A stretch of DNA of 64,000 nucleotides from Nostoc sp. DedSLP01 (GCA_034530875.2 JAVRCJ020000003.1:256001-320000); one strand, 5' to 3'. Positions 1 through 10,284 are shown, numbered from the stretch's first letter. The notes: generated by a model not told the origin, from the sequence alone. Numbers and translations: made by a program.

Positions 1-2
1 TT

Positions 3-644
3 GAAGCTGGCCCAGTGTGGTGGTTTGGCGGTGGTCTAGACTTAACTCCTTATTACCCTTTTGCCGAAGATGCAACACATTTACATAAAACTTTAAAACA
101 AGCTTGCGACCAACACCACCCAGAGTATTACCCAGTATTTAAGCGCTGGTGTGATGAATATTTCTACCTCAAGCATCGTGGTGAAACAAGAGGCGTCGGC
201 GGTCTGTTTTTTGATTACCAAGATGGCCGGGCTGCTGGTTTATATCGCGGCCCAGATGCCAATGGGCCAACGGCTATTTATAGCAACAAAGTGGGAGAAA
301 TAGCGCCACGTAGTTGGGAAGATTTATTTGCCTTTGTGCAAGATTGTGGCAGAGCATTTTTACCAGCCTACGTGCCAATTGTAGAACGGCGACATGGCAT
401 TGAGTATAGCGATCGCGAACGCAATTTTCAACTCTATCGCCGGGGACGATATGTAGAATTTAACTTAGTTTACGACCGAGGCACTATTTTTGGTCTGCAA
501 ACCAACGGCCGCACCGAATCAATTCTCATGTCCCTACCACCCTTAGTACGCTGGGAATACGGCTATCAGCCAGAACCCAATACCCCCGAAGCCGAGTTAT
601 ATGAAACCTTCTTGAAGCCTCAAGATTGGATTAATTGGAAGTAG
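3..644 (+). CDS. hemF: Oxygen-dependent coproporphyrinogen III oxidase, 3' part (5' end outside window)
   Basis: Motifs [40 protein letters not shown] and ESILMSLPP; frame is open from base 3. Confidence 0.97.
   Translation, partial: EAGPVWWFGGGLDLTPYYPFAEDATHLHKTLKQACDQHHPEYYPVFKRWCDEYFYLKHRGETRGVGGLFFDYQDGRAAGLYRGPDANGPTAIYSNKVGEIAPRSWEDLFAFVQDCGRAFLPAYVPIVERRHGIEYSDRERNFQLYRRGRYVEFNLVYDRGTIFGLQTNGRTESILMSLPPLVRWEYGYQPEPNTPEAELYETFLKPQDWINWK
409..416. repeat. HIP1 octamer GCGATCGC (representative; recurs throughout the window)
   Basis: Exact palindrome here and at many other sites, e.g. 32696-32703 and 34002-34009. Confidence 0.95.
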
Positions 645-649
645 TGAAG

Positions 650-794
650 AGATTGGGAGTAGGGAGTGGGGAGATGGGGAGATAGGGAAGTGTGGGGAGT
701 GTGGGGACTAGGGAAAGAAATCTTTCCCCTAGTCCCACACCTCCCACACTCCTCACTTGCCCCATTCCCCATTCCCCATTCCCCATTCCCCATT
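650..794. repeat. STRR-type short tandem repeats, G-rich arm followed by C-rich arm
   Basis: GGGAGTG/GGGAGAT units followed by CCCACAC and CCCCATT units. Confidence 0.85.
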
Positions 795-959
795 TAACAA
801 TTGCTACTCAGCACAATTTTGGTGAGTTAAACTACTAAAGATAAGCACTTAGGATAAAAAAAGTGACAATTTTAGCTGTAGCTTGTTAATCTCAAGTGGC
901 AGCACTATAAGGGTTCTGTAGCTAGTTAATTTAAAAGGAATGCCACGGGGAGGGCTTGA

Positions 960-1328
960 GTGATTCATATAGAACAAAAAACTTATACAACCCAAGACGG
1001 AAATACCGTTATTGTCTTGACACCAGCAGGTCGCCTAGACATCACCACTGCTTGGCAATTTCGCCTAAAGTTACAAGAGTGTATTTCTAAACTCAGTCGC
1101 CATGTAGTTGTAAATTTGGGTCAGGTTAATTTTATTGATAGTTCTGGTCTGACATCTTTAGTAGCTGGAATGCGTGATGCAGATAAAGTTAAGGGTAGTT
1201 TCCGGATTTGTAACGTACACCCAGAAGCCAAACTCGTGTTTGAAGTGACAATGATGGATACTGTCTTTGAAATCTTTGAAACTGAAGAGGAAGCTTTAGA
1301 AGGGGTACCTCGTAGCATTGCTAGCTAA
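960..1328 (+). CDS. STAS-domain anti-sigma-factor antagonist
   Basis: GRLD and VNFIDSSGL phosphoserine motif; GTG start after GGGAGG. Confidence 0.92.
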   Translation: MIHIEQKTYTTQDGNTVIVLTPAGRLDITTAWQFRLKLQECISKLSRHVVVNLGQVNFIDSSGLTSLVAGMRDADKVKGSFRICNVHPEAKLVFEVTMMDTVFEIFETEEEALEGVPRSIAS

Positions 1329-1332
1329 AAGG

Positions 1333-1460
1333 AATTGGGGACTGGGGACTAGGGACTGGGAGATAGGGGATAAGGGAGATGGGGAGATAGGGGGAGCGGA
1401 GCAGAGGGGAGAATAATAACTCCTAAATCCCCAGTCACCAGTCCCCAGTCCCCAGTCACC
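1333..1460. repeat. STRR array (GGGGACT / CCCCAGT) between convergent genes
   Basis: Tandem heptamers in inverted arrangement. Confidence 0.85.
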
Positions 1461-1462
1461 AC

Positions 1463-2059
1463 TCAATACTGGTTTCGCTTGGTGTAGCGATAAGGCCCCA
1501 TAATTGCTCCCCAAGTTGCTTTGCCAGTTGCAGGGTCAATTCCTTTGTCGTAGCTGTGAAATTCTGTTGCTGTGGCTGCAAAACCCAAGGAGACTTGGAT
1601 GGTATTGCCAAGATAAGTAAAAGTGCAACGAGTTTCTGGTAATGGAGTAGCGGTAAACTTATAGCGATCGCCAGCTAGTGTTTCGGAATTAACTGCGAGG
1701 ATACAACCTGGCAGTAAATCTAATTCATTGGCGCTTAGTGTATTTAGTAGGGCAGAATTATTGCCTGCGCCTGCGAATGCTTCTGGATTTTTAAACATAT
1801 AATATTGCACTTCCAGAGGCGCACCAGAATCGCTTCCCTGACGCAAGCGCATAATTCGCTGGCGGTAAGGTCGATCTAGGTTAAGGATATTGGCCTGTTC
1901 GGCAAACAGGGTGATGCTATCTTCAGCGAACAGACTCACTGGCCTTTGCCACATACGCAGATGGACATACCAAACTGGTTCTTCTATGGCTTGTTCCCGA
2001 TTATCAAATTCACCAGCTAGGTACTCACCCAAAGCAATTAACTGTGGCGAGAAGTTCAT
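1463..2059 (-). CDS. cpcT: CpcT/CpeT-family phycobiliprotein chromophore lyase
   Basis: LAGEFDNREQA, RPYRQR, SYDKG..WG motifs; start moved to ATG at 2059 (MNFSPQ). Confidence 0.85.
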   Translation of the reverse strand: MNFSPQLIALGEYLAGEFDNREQAIEEPVWYVHLRMWQRPVSLFAEDSITLFAEQANILNLDRPYRQRIMRLRQGSDSGAPLEVQYYMFKNPEAFAGAGNNSALLNTLSANELDLLPGCILAVNSETLAGDRYKFTATPLPETRCTFTYLGNTIQVSLGFAATATEFHSYDKGIDPATGKATWGAIMGPYRYTKRNQY

Positions 2060-2252
2060 AAATGCAATCGATGAATGATTAAAAATGATAGTTTTTGAGG
2101 AAAAAAAGTTCTTAGCCCGTGTAACTACCAACTTACAAAGTGTTTTTGATTTACCTTTATTGTAAATTAAACCGTCACCAGCCAAAACCTCAACTTGGCA
2201 AAGTCGCCTTTAAGCGGGAAAATAAAAATACGTCGCCCTTAATATTTTCTTT

Positions 2253-2960
2253 GTGAATAACGTCCGTACTGTCTCTGATACAAAGCGAACTTTCTACAAT
2301 CTCCATACCCGTCCGATCAATACTATTTATCGTCGGGTAGTAGAAGAATTGATGGTGGAAATGCATCTGCTGTCTGTAAATATTGATTTTAGCTACAATC
2401 CAATTTATGCCTTGGGCGTCGTCACTACTTTTGACCGCTTCATGGAAGGCTATCAACCAGAACGGGATAAAGAATCAATTTTTAATGCCTTATGTCAGGC
2501 TATAGAACAAGACGCGCAACGCTATAGGCAAGATGCCGAAAGATTGCGATCTGTAGCTAAAAGTTTGCCTGTTAAAGATTTAATAGCGTGGTTAAGCCAA
2601 ACGACTAATTTAGATCGAGATGGCGATTTGCAAGCACAATTGCAAGCGATCGCCAACAATTCTAACTTTAAATACAACCGTTTGTTTGCAATCGGTATAT
2701 ATACATTATTGGAATTGTCAGATTCTGAATTAGTTAAAGATGAAAAGCAACTCACTGAAGCATTAAAAGCGATCGCTGCTGGCTTACACTTGTCTGATGA
2801 CAAATTTAATAAAGATTTGGAACTATACCGTTCTAACTTAGACAAGATGGCACAAGCGCTAGTAGTGATGGCAGATATGCTCTCAGCCGATCGCAAAAAA
2901 CGCGAACAACGCAAACAACAATCAACTACTCAAGTTGCTCCTCCAACTACTAATGAATAG
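2253..2960 (+). CDS. psb29: Photosystem II biogenesis protein Psb29/Thf1
   Basis: RTVSDTKR..RRVVEELMVEMHLL and KDLELYRSNLDKM. Confidence 0.95.
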   Translation: MNNVRTVSDTKRTFYNLHTRPINTIYRRVVEELMVEMHLLSVNIDFSYNPIYALGVVTTFDRFMEGYQPERDKESIFNALCQAIEQDAQRYRQDAERLRSVAKSLPVKDLIAWLSQTTNLDRDGDLQAQLQAIANNSNFKYNRLFAIGIYTLLELSDSELVKDEKQLTEALKAIAAGLHLSDDKFNKDLELYRSNLDKMAQALVVMADMLSADRKKREQRKQQSTTQVAPPTTNE

Positions 2961-3041
2961 TTAGAAGTTAAGAGTTAGGAATTAAAAGTTGTCAATAACT
3001 CCTAACTCCTAAGTCTTAACTCTTAACTCTTAACTCTATAA
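2960..3041. repeat. Heptamer repeats (TTAAGAG / TAACTCT) between convergent genes
   Basis: Tandem heptamers, inverted arms. Confidence 0.7.
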
Positions 3042-3043
3042 CT

Positions 3044-3406
3044 TTATACACCCAATAATTTGTAGATTAAGCTGTTAATTAAAGTCAGGGCAAACGCTCC
3101 CAAAACAGCACTCCACACACCGTAACGCAAACGAAACCCTTCAACTAACCAAGCAGCAATACTAAAACAAACTACAGCAATCATAAATGTGAAAATGCTG
3201 GACAATAAGTCGAAAGTAAGTAAATTTGGTACTGCGAAGACGAGGCTTAAAATCGGTCTGACTATTGCTGTCACGATACCAAGCACTGCTGCTGAAAAGA
3301 TGGCTTTACCCGGAGTGTCAATTTCAACTCCCAAAGGTAATTTGCTAATTATAAACAAGCTGATAGCTGTTACTATCCAAACAATTAAAAGCGTCACAAT
3401 ATTCAT
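3044..3406 (-). CDS. Four-TM phage-holin-family (DUF360/YvlD-like) membrane protein
   Basis: AAVLGIV..IVRPIL..P.NLLT and VEGF pattern; hydrophobic. Confidence 0.8.
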   Translation of the reverse strand: MNIVTLLIVWIVTAISLFIISKLPLGVEIDTPGKAIFSAAVLGIVTAIVRPILSLVFAVPNLLTFDLLSSIFTFMIAVVCFSIAAWLVEGFRLRYGVWSAVLGAFALTLINSLIYKLLGV

Positions 3407-3563
3407 GCCACAACCCCTGAAACGTGATTGGCAATTGGCGATCGACTACTGAGCCTAGCTATAGAAAATCTTTCAAACTCAACCAATTATTTGTAAATTA
3501 ACAGAAAAATTTTCTCTAATCGAAATTTATTCTGGATATCTTTAGGTTTGTGAAAAACGTTCA

Positions 3564-3682
3564 GGGGAGTGGGGAAATGAGAAGTGTGGGGAGTGTGGGG
3601 AGTGTGGGGACTAGGGGGGAAAGATTTCTTCCCCATCTTCCCACACCTCCAACACTCCCCGCTTGCCCAATGCCCAATGCCT
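3564..3682. repeat. STRR/nonamer repeat array (GTGTGGGGA, CCCAATG)
   Basis: Tandem short repeats. Confidence 0.8.
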
Positions 3683-3686
3683 TATT

Positions 3687-4310
3687 TCACCTTTTTGAAG
3701 GTGCTACAGGTGCTGTGGATGCTGGTGGCTTGGAAATACCAGGTTCGATGGGACTGATGTTTTGGCCGGGTGCGGAGGGAAATCTGGGCGCAAGATTGCC
3801 TTCGGGGTTGATACCTGGGGCTGGCACTTCGCCGGGATTGATTGGGAAAGAAGGCGCCAGAGGCTGGTTGAGTGAGTTTGTTGGTGCTTGAGAAGGCCCT
3901 GGAATAATTCCTAAAGAAACGCGTTCTCCACCTACTTGCCGCAGCAAATCTAATGTCTCAATCACATCATTGTAAGTTGCTGTACGTGAAGCATTCAGTA
4001 TCACAACACCATTGGGATTTGCTTGCAGATACAGTTTTAACCTTTGTGCTAAATCCTCACGTTTTACGGGCTGTTTTTCTATGTAAGTATTGCCTACGGC
4101 ATCGATAGTTACAATCTGACTATTACCTTGTGACGTTATCCCAGATACAGTTTGAGCGCTGGCTTTAGGCAAATCAACATTAATTGCCTGTTGACGCGTA
4201 AATTGCAGTGCTGCTAACAAAAAAAACGTCAGAATACAAAAAACAACATCAATTAAAGGAATGATTTGAACTTGGATTTCTTCAATTGGAGTATGTAGAT
4301 TAACTTTCAT
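3687..4310 (-). CDS. exbD: ExbD/TolR biopolymer transport protein with Pro-rich tail
   Basis: IIPLIDVVFCILTFF TM segment with conserved Asp; VDLPKA. Confidence 0.92.
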   Translation of the reverse strand: MKVNLHTPIEEIQVQIIPLIDVVFCILTFFLLAALQFTRQQAINVDLPKASAQTVSGITSQGNSQIVTIDAVGNTYIEKQPVKREDLAQRLKLYLQANPNGVVILNASRTATYNDVIETLDLLRQVGGERVSLGIIPGPSQAPTNSLNQPLAPSFPINPGEVPAPGINPEGNLAPRFPSAPGQNISPIEPGISKPPASTAPVAPSKR

Positions 4311-4352
4311 ATCTCACTCTCAAACCTAGTTTGGGGCTGAAATTTTTATCGG

Positions 4353-5075
4353 TCAGGTATTCGGGGGTTGGGGAGGTTCAGAAAACCTATTTTTCCCTTG
4401 CTTGCGAGGTGGAGTAAAACTTTCTGGCGCAATTGGTGATGCCGTATTACTAAAATCAGGGGGGAACTGGCGGTAAAGTAATTCCAACTCATTCCCTGCT
4501 TTGCGAAAAACTTTGACTTGGTTGACTATAAAACCTTGAAATAAGCGGTAAAACGCCAAACTAATAATGGCAACTATTAGCCCCGTTGCGGTACTAATTA
4601 AAGATTCGCCAATACCAGTAGTTACCCCGGCGGTAGATTCGGTTCCTAAATCGCCAATGCGAATTGAGCGCAGAGAATGAATTAAACCCAAAACCGTACC
4701 TAATAATCCCAGCAGCGGTGCTAGGGCTATTACAGCTTCTAAAAGTTTCTCGCCACGTCGCATTCCAGCCAATTCATCTTCCGCTGTGGACTCCAGTGCT
4801 AGGCGAAAGGTTTCCGTATCACTTTTACCTAAGTGTAAGGGCGAATACAGAAAACGTCCCACAGGCTGATGGTTTGCTTGTCTTGCAATATCCGCAGCGG
4901 CTTGCCAATCCTCATGGGCAGCATCTAGGACGCGATCGACTATTTGCTTTTCTTGAGTTAAAATTCGCAACCAGAACCACAAACGCTCGAAAATTACACT
5001 CAAAGACAAAATTGACAGAACCAGCAGAGGCCACATTGCCGGCCCGCCTTTGTAAAACAAATCTAGAATATCCAC
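4353..5075 (-). CDS. exbB: MotA/TolQ/ExbB proton channel protein
   Basis: [12 protein letters not shown] and [13 protein letters not shown]; immediately upstream of exbD. Confidence 0.93.
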   Translation of the reverse strand: MDILDLFYKGGPAMWPLLVLSILSLSVIFERLWFWLRILTQEKQIVDRVLDAAHEDWQAAADIARQANHQPVGRFLYSPLHLGKSDTETFRLALESTAEDELAGMRRGEKLLEAVIALAPLLGLLGTVLGLIHSLRSIRIGDLGTESTAGVTTGIGESLISTATGLIVAIISLAFYRLFQGFIVNQVKVFRKAGNELELLYRQFPPDFSNTASPIAPESFTPPRKQGKNRFSEPPQPPNT

Positions 5076-5140
5076 TGTTTAAGTTTCCTCCCTCCGTAAC
5101 TAAAGCAACTATCCCCAAGCATTATTAATTTTAGAGATTA

Positions 5141-5270
5141 ATGGGCATAGGGCATAGGGCATCGGAAGATGAGGAGATGGGGAAGTGTGGGAGGTGTGGA
5201 AAGGATAAATTCTCTTTCTTCCCTCACTCACTGCTTGCCCCATGCCCAATGCGCAATGCCCCATACCCCT
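5141..5270. repeat. STRR array (GGGCATA / CCCAATG)
   Basis: Tandem heptamers. Confidence 0.75.
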
Positions 5271-5404
5271 GTCTGTGTTCCTCTGTTTCTTGTCACCAGT
5301 CCCCTTTACATTGGTAGCGTCTCCCAGACTAACTAGGACGGTTATTCCCACCGGGAGTTTAAAAAATAATTTGCCAGAATTAAAAATAACTGGAGGTTCC
5401 AAAT

Positions 5405-5719
5405 ATGAAATTTTCAATTCAATCAGTTTATACGTGGTATCGCGATTTGCTTCGTAACCCTAAATACCGCTGGTGGGTGATTTTAGGAACATTGGTATAT
5501 TTAGCCAGCCCAATAGATTTTCTCCCGGATGTTTTCCCCATTGTGGGGCAAATTGATGATGTTTTCCTTTTAACACTGCTAGTGAGCGAGGTGTCTGGGT
5601 TAGTGATTGAAGGCTGGAAAGCTCGTAAAGGTGATGTAAACACCGAAGCATCAAATACCACTGAGGGTACTACCTCCACTGCAAGTACTATTGATGTTGA
5701 TGCTGTTTCTGTCAAGTAG
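5405..5719 (+). CDS. YkvA/DUF1232 family membrane protein
   Basis: YLASPIDFLPDVFPIVGQIDD signature; GGAGG RBS. Confidence 0.9.
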   Translation: MKFSIQSVYTWYRDLLRNPKYRWWVILGTLVYLASPIDFLPDVFPIVGQIDDVFLLTLLVSEVSGLVIEGWKARKGDVNTEASNTTEGTTSTASTIDVDAVSVK

Positions 5720-5747
5720 TTTTAACAATAAAATAAAATTCTACAAA

Positions 5748-5776
5748 CCCCTACTTTTGCCGTCTGAAAGTAGGGG
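5748..5776 (+). terminator. Probable intrinsic terminator
   Basis: CCCCTACTTT...AAAGTAGGGG stem followed by a T-rich tract. Confidence 0.7.
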
Positions 5777-5932
5777 ATATTTTTTAAACGCATAGGCGTT
5801 TCGCCTTGCCGTAGGGTAGGAACGCAGAGGAAAACGCAGAGGTTCGCAAAGTTAAGAGTTAGAGATTGTTGGCTATGTCACTCTCATTCCCCTCAACTTA
5901 TTCTGTGCGATCCTTTGCGCTTAACTCTGCGC

Positions 5933-6047
5933 GACGGCAGTCGCTACAACGGGGAGCCACTGCGTTGGACGGGTTTCCCGGCTTGTTCGCCCTTGGCGTT
6001 CCCGAAGGGTAGCAAGTGGCGTGGGAACCCCCGCAACGCGCTACTTC
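5933..6047. mobile_element. Nested small dispersed repeats (SDR-like), three levels
   Basis: Interrupted copy of the element that is intact at 43337-43382. Confidence 0.8.
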
Positions 6048-6057
6048 CCCTTTGCGT

Positions 6058-9000
6058 TTAAAAATCTTTCACAAATTCCGTTAAGAATCTGAATGCTTTC
6101 AAAATATAACTGGCACAATCTTTAGGTGAGGTGTTGTAAAACGATCGCCACGCACTAGCTTTATCTTCATCATAGCGATCGCCTTTTTCTGGATGGTGTT
6201 CTAACCATGCCAATCGCACTGCATGACCGATTAATACATCTAATACTATATATTCTTCGATTTGCAGTTGGGGATTATTAGCAGCGATCGCTCCTAATTC
6301 GGTTAATGCTTCAATATTAACTTGGCGGTATTCTGGAGCTTCGATTTTATTTAATAAATGCTCGATTAACAAAGCAAAATTTCTTTCTCCCGCTGTCATT
6401 TCTGACAACATTAATTCACTATCTAAGCGATTGCGACGTTCTAATTTATCGCCAATTACTAAGCCTTTACAATGTTGCATTAATAGCCAAACTCGCTGAA
6501 AAAAGTCTTTTGGTATCCGCCCGGTTGCACCTTCAGCTTGGCGAAACCGCCGCCAGTCACCCGGAGGAACTTGGATTTCTTCGGAAATTGCTGGCGACAC
6601 CACCCAATCAATATCACTTTCTTTTTGCTTGACGTGTAATGATTCTTGCTGGCGTAACAGGTTACTCATACCAGCATAGCCAGTTAATACTTGACGCAAG
6701 CGCATTTTCACTTCAAAGGGTGGAAGTTGCATTAAGTAATCGTAAGCTTCATCTTGAGTCACATGTAATTCTTGCGTTAGTTCGCTGGTAATCAATAAGA
6801 TGAGATACCCTACTCTCAGCGTTAGTAGTCCCTTAAATAGTTCTGGTTCGGATTTGATTAAGATTCCTAAATAAATTAAAATTTCTTGGGTAAGGACGCG
6901 ATCGCTTATATCCTCACGACAAAAATGATTAATTTTATCGGCAATTTCATCGTGGGACATCGGTACGGTAATTAAGGACGCCTCACTGTAAGCTTTACCC
7001 ACAGCAATTTGCTTACCTTGCACCAAAATACTCGTCACTGCATCTGATAAGCTGATATCAACCATCTGGCGCAAACCCGCAGCCCGACGTACTACCGCCC
7101 AGATGCCTAAGTCTCCAGCTTTGGTGTAAACTTCATCTAGTAAATCGGCTACTCTAACGGGATATCCCGGCCCGCCATACCCCGTATCAAATTCCATTCC
7201 TTTTAAGCGAGTCAAAGTTTGTAATAACTCAATTTGCTCGTAAAGATTTTCTGATGAGCGCAAATAAGAAAGCAATAATCCTAAGTTGGTTTCACACTCC
7301 ATTTGAAATTCTTGGGTATGCCCTAAGCGCCAGTTTTTCTCAGGATGATAAGCAAGATAATAGCAATGTGGTTTGGTATTTTTGACTGGTGAAAGAGAAA
7401 ATTCTACATCTTCGAGAAAATCAATTCTTTGGATTCCAGCCGTTAACATTAACTGATTTAGCCGCCCTAATTTCACCCGCACGCCGTTACAAATACCATC
7501 TTTAAGTTCTTGCATTAGTTCTAGTAATACTTCAGAACCAATTTCTAACATGGTATGAGTTAACATTAAAGTCAAAGTAGGACGCCCTAAATCGCTCCAA
7601 TATTTTTGAATGTAAGCTAATTCGCTTCTGATTTGATCGAGTAGAAAATGGTAATCTAGGGTTAAGTAAAATTGCTGCGAATCTAGAAATGAAGGTAAAA
7701 ATACAACTGTTTGATTGCGAATGCGAAAAACCCTAGATGTTGTCAAACTTCGCAACCGCCGCACTGGACGACCAGTTAAGCCCAGTTTTTTATTATGTCC
7801 GATGCGAGTATAAATATCTGAAAGTTCGCCAGCTTTTCTGACTTGAATTGGTTCTAATTGTGTAGGTGTTTGGGCTTGAATTCCATGAACTTCTAGTTTT
7901 GCTTGTAAATCTTCATCTTCCGCAAGCAAAGCAATTTGTACCAATGATTCGCGCTGTTTACCAACACACAAATGTCTGCCTAAAGGGTCGAGATCGCCGA
8001 CTGCTATTAAGCCTTCGCTCAACATTTGACCAAGGTAATATAAACTCTGTGCCCACACCAAAGGAATATTTTCATTGGGTAAACGCGGTTGAGTTTGGGG
8101 TGCTAATTTTTCTGCTTCTACGTTTTCGGCTGGAACATAATAAAGTTCTGGCAACAAATTTAAACCATTTTGTTCTATAACTAATTTTTCTAAAAGCTGT
8201 TGGTATTTTTGAACTTGTTCTTGGTTGCCATGAAATAACCCATCTAACACTAAATAAGTGAAAAATAACGGCCATTCGCATTCAATATGCTCAAATTGCT
8301 TGAGTTCCCAAGGTTCGTAGTGCAAGCGTTGATTGTCTTCTAAAACGGTTTGATGTCCGTCGCGTAGGAAGCGTTTGCAACCGTATTTACCTGCGAGTTT
8401 GTTGATAATATCGTTGAAAGTGCGATCGCGCAGTTGTAAATCTTCCACTGCAAAGGCAGGATAACTAATAATACTCAACAGCGCTGCATCGATTTCTTTA
8501 GAACCAGATTCTCTCGGTAATAGCGATTCTAGAGTAATTCGAGCGCGGGCAATTTCATCTGGTAGCACATGAATTACTGATGCTTGACTGCCACCCACGC
8601 CAAATAAATCCAGTCCGTTCATCGCTTCTAAAGCTGCTTTTGCCATACCTACAGAACTGGCATTTAACTCAGCATTACCGCGATTAATTTTATTACCGCG
8701 TTCCCAAATACCATAATCTGGCGTGCGGTAAGCTCGTCCAATGTAGTAAACCAAATTTTGCACGAAATTAACTTCATCAATGGTATAAATTATTTGCAAT
8801 CCTGTAGCAGTCATTTGTGCCAATATCAATAAAAATAAAGATGTGGCATCGAGTTGCAAATGTCCCCATTCGTCATCACCAACAACGATGTCACCAGTGG
8901 AAGTATTGTATTTGGCGTGCAGCCCATCTAATAGCGATTGAGTATGTTTAAATGTCTCTACTTTATGAGCCTGTCGCATCATCGCAAACAGTAACCCCCG

Positions 9001-9264
9001 CATGAGCTTGATGACACTATGTTCTAATTCATAAGTGTGTCCTTTGTGGTCATCAATCTTGCGATATGCCAGCCCCAAACCCCAAACTGCTAAAATGCTG
9101 TAAACATTGTCTCGCACCCAAGCATCAGTATAATCACCGTGGGCTGTAATTGCCGTACTCGCAGGTAACAAACCTGTAATTGGATTTTGACGAGTGAGGA
9201 TGACTGTTTTGATTTGCTGGTAGTAATGCTCTAAGCGAGCTAGCAATTCGGTAGATGTTTTCAT
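6058..9264 (-). CDS. GH15-like protein homologous to phosphorylase kinase alpha/beta subunits
   Basis: DAWVRDNVYS, WGHLQLDA, PDYGIWERG, KYGCKRFLRDG, ECEWPLF and PEYRQ motifs; 1068 aa. Confidence 0.9.
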   Translation of the reverse strand: MKTSTELLARLEHYYQQIKTVILTRQNPITGLLPASTAITAHGDYTDAWVRDNVYSILAVWGLGLAYRKIDDHKGHTYELEHSVIKLMRGLLFAMMRQAHKVETFKHTQSLLDGLHAKYNTSTGDIVVGDDEWGHLQLDATSLFLLILAQMTATGLQIIYTIDEVNFVQNLVYYIGRAYRTPDYGIWERGNKINRGNAELNASSVGMAKAALEAMNGLDLFGVGGSQASVIHVLPDEIARARITLESLLPRESGSKEIDAALLSIISYPAFAVEDLQLRDRTFNDIINKLAGKYGCKRFLRDGHQTVLEDNQRLHYEPWELKQFEHIECEWPLFFTYLVLDGLFHGNQEQVQKYQQLLEKLVIEQNGLNLLPELYYVPAENVEAEKLAPQTQPRLPNENIPLVWAQSLYYLGQMLSEGLIAVGDLDPLGRHLCVGKQRESLVQIALLAEDEDLQAKLEVHGIQAQTPTQLEPIQVRKAGELSDIYTRIGHNKKLGLTGRPVRRLRSLTTSRVFRIRNQTVVFLPSFLDSQQFYLTLDYHFLLDQIRSELAYIQKYWSDLGRPTLTLMLTHTMLEIGSEVLLELMQELKDGICNGVRVKLGRLNQLMLTAGIQRIDFLEDVEFSLSPVKNTKPHCYYLAYHPEKNWRLGHTQEFQMECETNLGLLLSYLRSSENLYEQIELLQTLTRLKGMEFDTGYGGPGYPVRVADLLDEVYTKAGDLGIWAVVRRAAGLRQMVDISLSDAVTSILVQGKQIAVGKAYSEASLITVPMSHDEIADKINHFCREDISDRVLTQEILIYLGILIKSEPELFKGLLTLRVGYLILLITSELTQELHVTQDEAYDYLMQLPPFEVKMRLRQVLTGYAGMSNLLRQQESLHVKQKESDIDWVVSPAISEEIQVPPGDWRRFRQAEGATGRIPKDFFQRVWLLMQHCKGLVIGDKLERRNRLDSELMLSEMTAGERNFALLIEHLLNKIEAPEYRQVNIEALTELGAIAANNPQLQIEEYIVLDVLIGHAVRLAWLEHHPEKGDRYDEDKASAWRSFYNTSPKDCASYILKAFRFLTEFVKDF

Positions 9265-9633
9265 GATTTGGTTGAGAGCAGCTTGTAAAGTTCGACCCTG
9301 TGACTGTGAGGCGAAAGATCTAAACCTAACCAGAATAAGTTCTGTAATGGCTGATGGGACTACAGCTCAGGGTGGTGTGAGTTTCTTATTATCTCGTGTT
9401 AATAGACCTTTAATTACTGAATTTTAATGAAGTCGAACTCAAAGACAAAATTTGTTCAAATCTTCATCAATACATAGATATATTTATACTTATTCTTTAA
9501 AGTATTTTTGATAACTTCTAAGGAAGGAGTAACAATCCTTCAAAAGAAGCAATACTACCTCACAACACATTCGGTAAATTATAGGTATAAAAACCTTTTA
9601 ACACAAAAAAAGCCTGTATAAAGGAGATAAATT

Positions 9634-9768
9634 ATGTCTCTGCGTTATAACCAAAATCATGCTCAGTTAGTTAAAGTGGTTTATTCTCAAGTAAAAGTTA
9701 ATGGCAAGATTGAGTTAGTACCACTAGAGCTATACGCTGATGGTTCGCTGAAGCGGTCTATTGGCTAA
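9634..9768 (+). CDS. Small hypothetical protein, 44 aa (not in ORF track)
   Basis: AAGGAG RBS at 9621-9626, ATG 9634, TAA 9766-9768; MSLRYNQNHAQLVKVVYSQVKVNGKIELVPLELYADGSLKRSIG. Confidence 0.7.
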   Translation: MSLRYNQNHAQLVKVVYSQVKVNGKIELVPLELYADGSLKRSIG

Positions 9769-9854
9769 GTGAAAGTTAGAAATTAAGCACTAGCAACTGT
9801 CTGTTATCAACTAAAGCAAAATCTACTTTTTTACTTTGTAGGAAATATTTGTAC

Positions 9855-9882
9855 AAGCCTCTCCTAGAAAATGGAGAGGCTT
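9855..9882 (+). terminator. Terminator-like hairpin after the small ORF
   Basis: AAGCCTCTCC-N8-GGAGAGGCTT perfect 10-bp stem. Confidence 0.7.
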
Positions 9883-10047
9883 TGAATTTTCTGGTACAGA
9901 ACTTTTTGCAATACACCATCGCTCGTCTAAACGTACAGTTGTTATACGCCTCTATTTATTTATCTAAAATTTATGTGAATTCAACAATTCAAAATATTTT
10001 AAATAATGAAGTTTCTCAGTAAATACGCAGTAAATAGATTGATTAAC

Positions 10048-10075
10048 TTGACACAAATAGTAAGAGTAGTAAAAT
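10048..10075 (+). promoter_or_regulatory. Candidate sigma70-type promoter upstream of mgtE
   Basis: TTGACA-N16-TAAAAT. Confidence 0.45.
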
Positions 10076-10284
10076 CTACTTTAAGTTACGCGAAAATTAC
10101 CTGAGAATCAAGGCTTTTAAGTCAATCGGTAGTGAAGAATGTCACAAATTCTCGATACTATTACGCAGTATCTACCCTAATATGGCAATTCCGGGTTAGG
10201 ATGATCGCTAGCGATGCCCTGATTGGATATCGATATTGAATTTTTGAGATTTTATGGACAAAAGTCCACAAGATGGCAGTATTA

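Noticed and set aside
3044..3406. Holin-family genes (also 25820-26218) as prophage evidence
   Set aside because: DUF360 proteins are ordinary chromosomal membrane proteins and no phage genes are adjacent
9270..9375. TAAACC...GCTGATGGGACTAC resembling a fluoride riboswitch 3' end
   Set aside because: The 5' GGNGATG stem and pseudoknot partner are missing, and the context does not fit
10066..10079. GTA-N8-TAC possible NtcA site
   Set aside because: A six-base match is expected by chance in AT-rich DNA, and nothing else links mgtE to nitrogen control here
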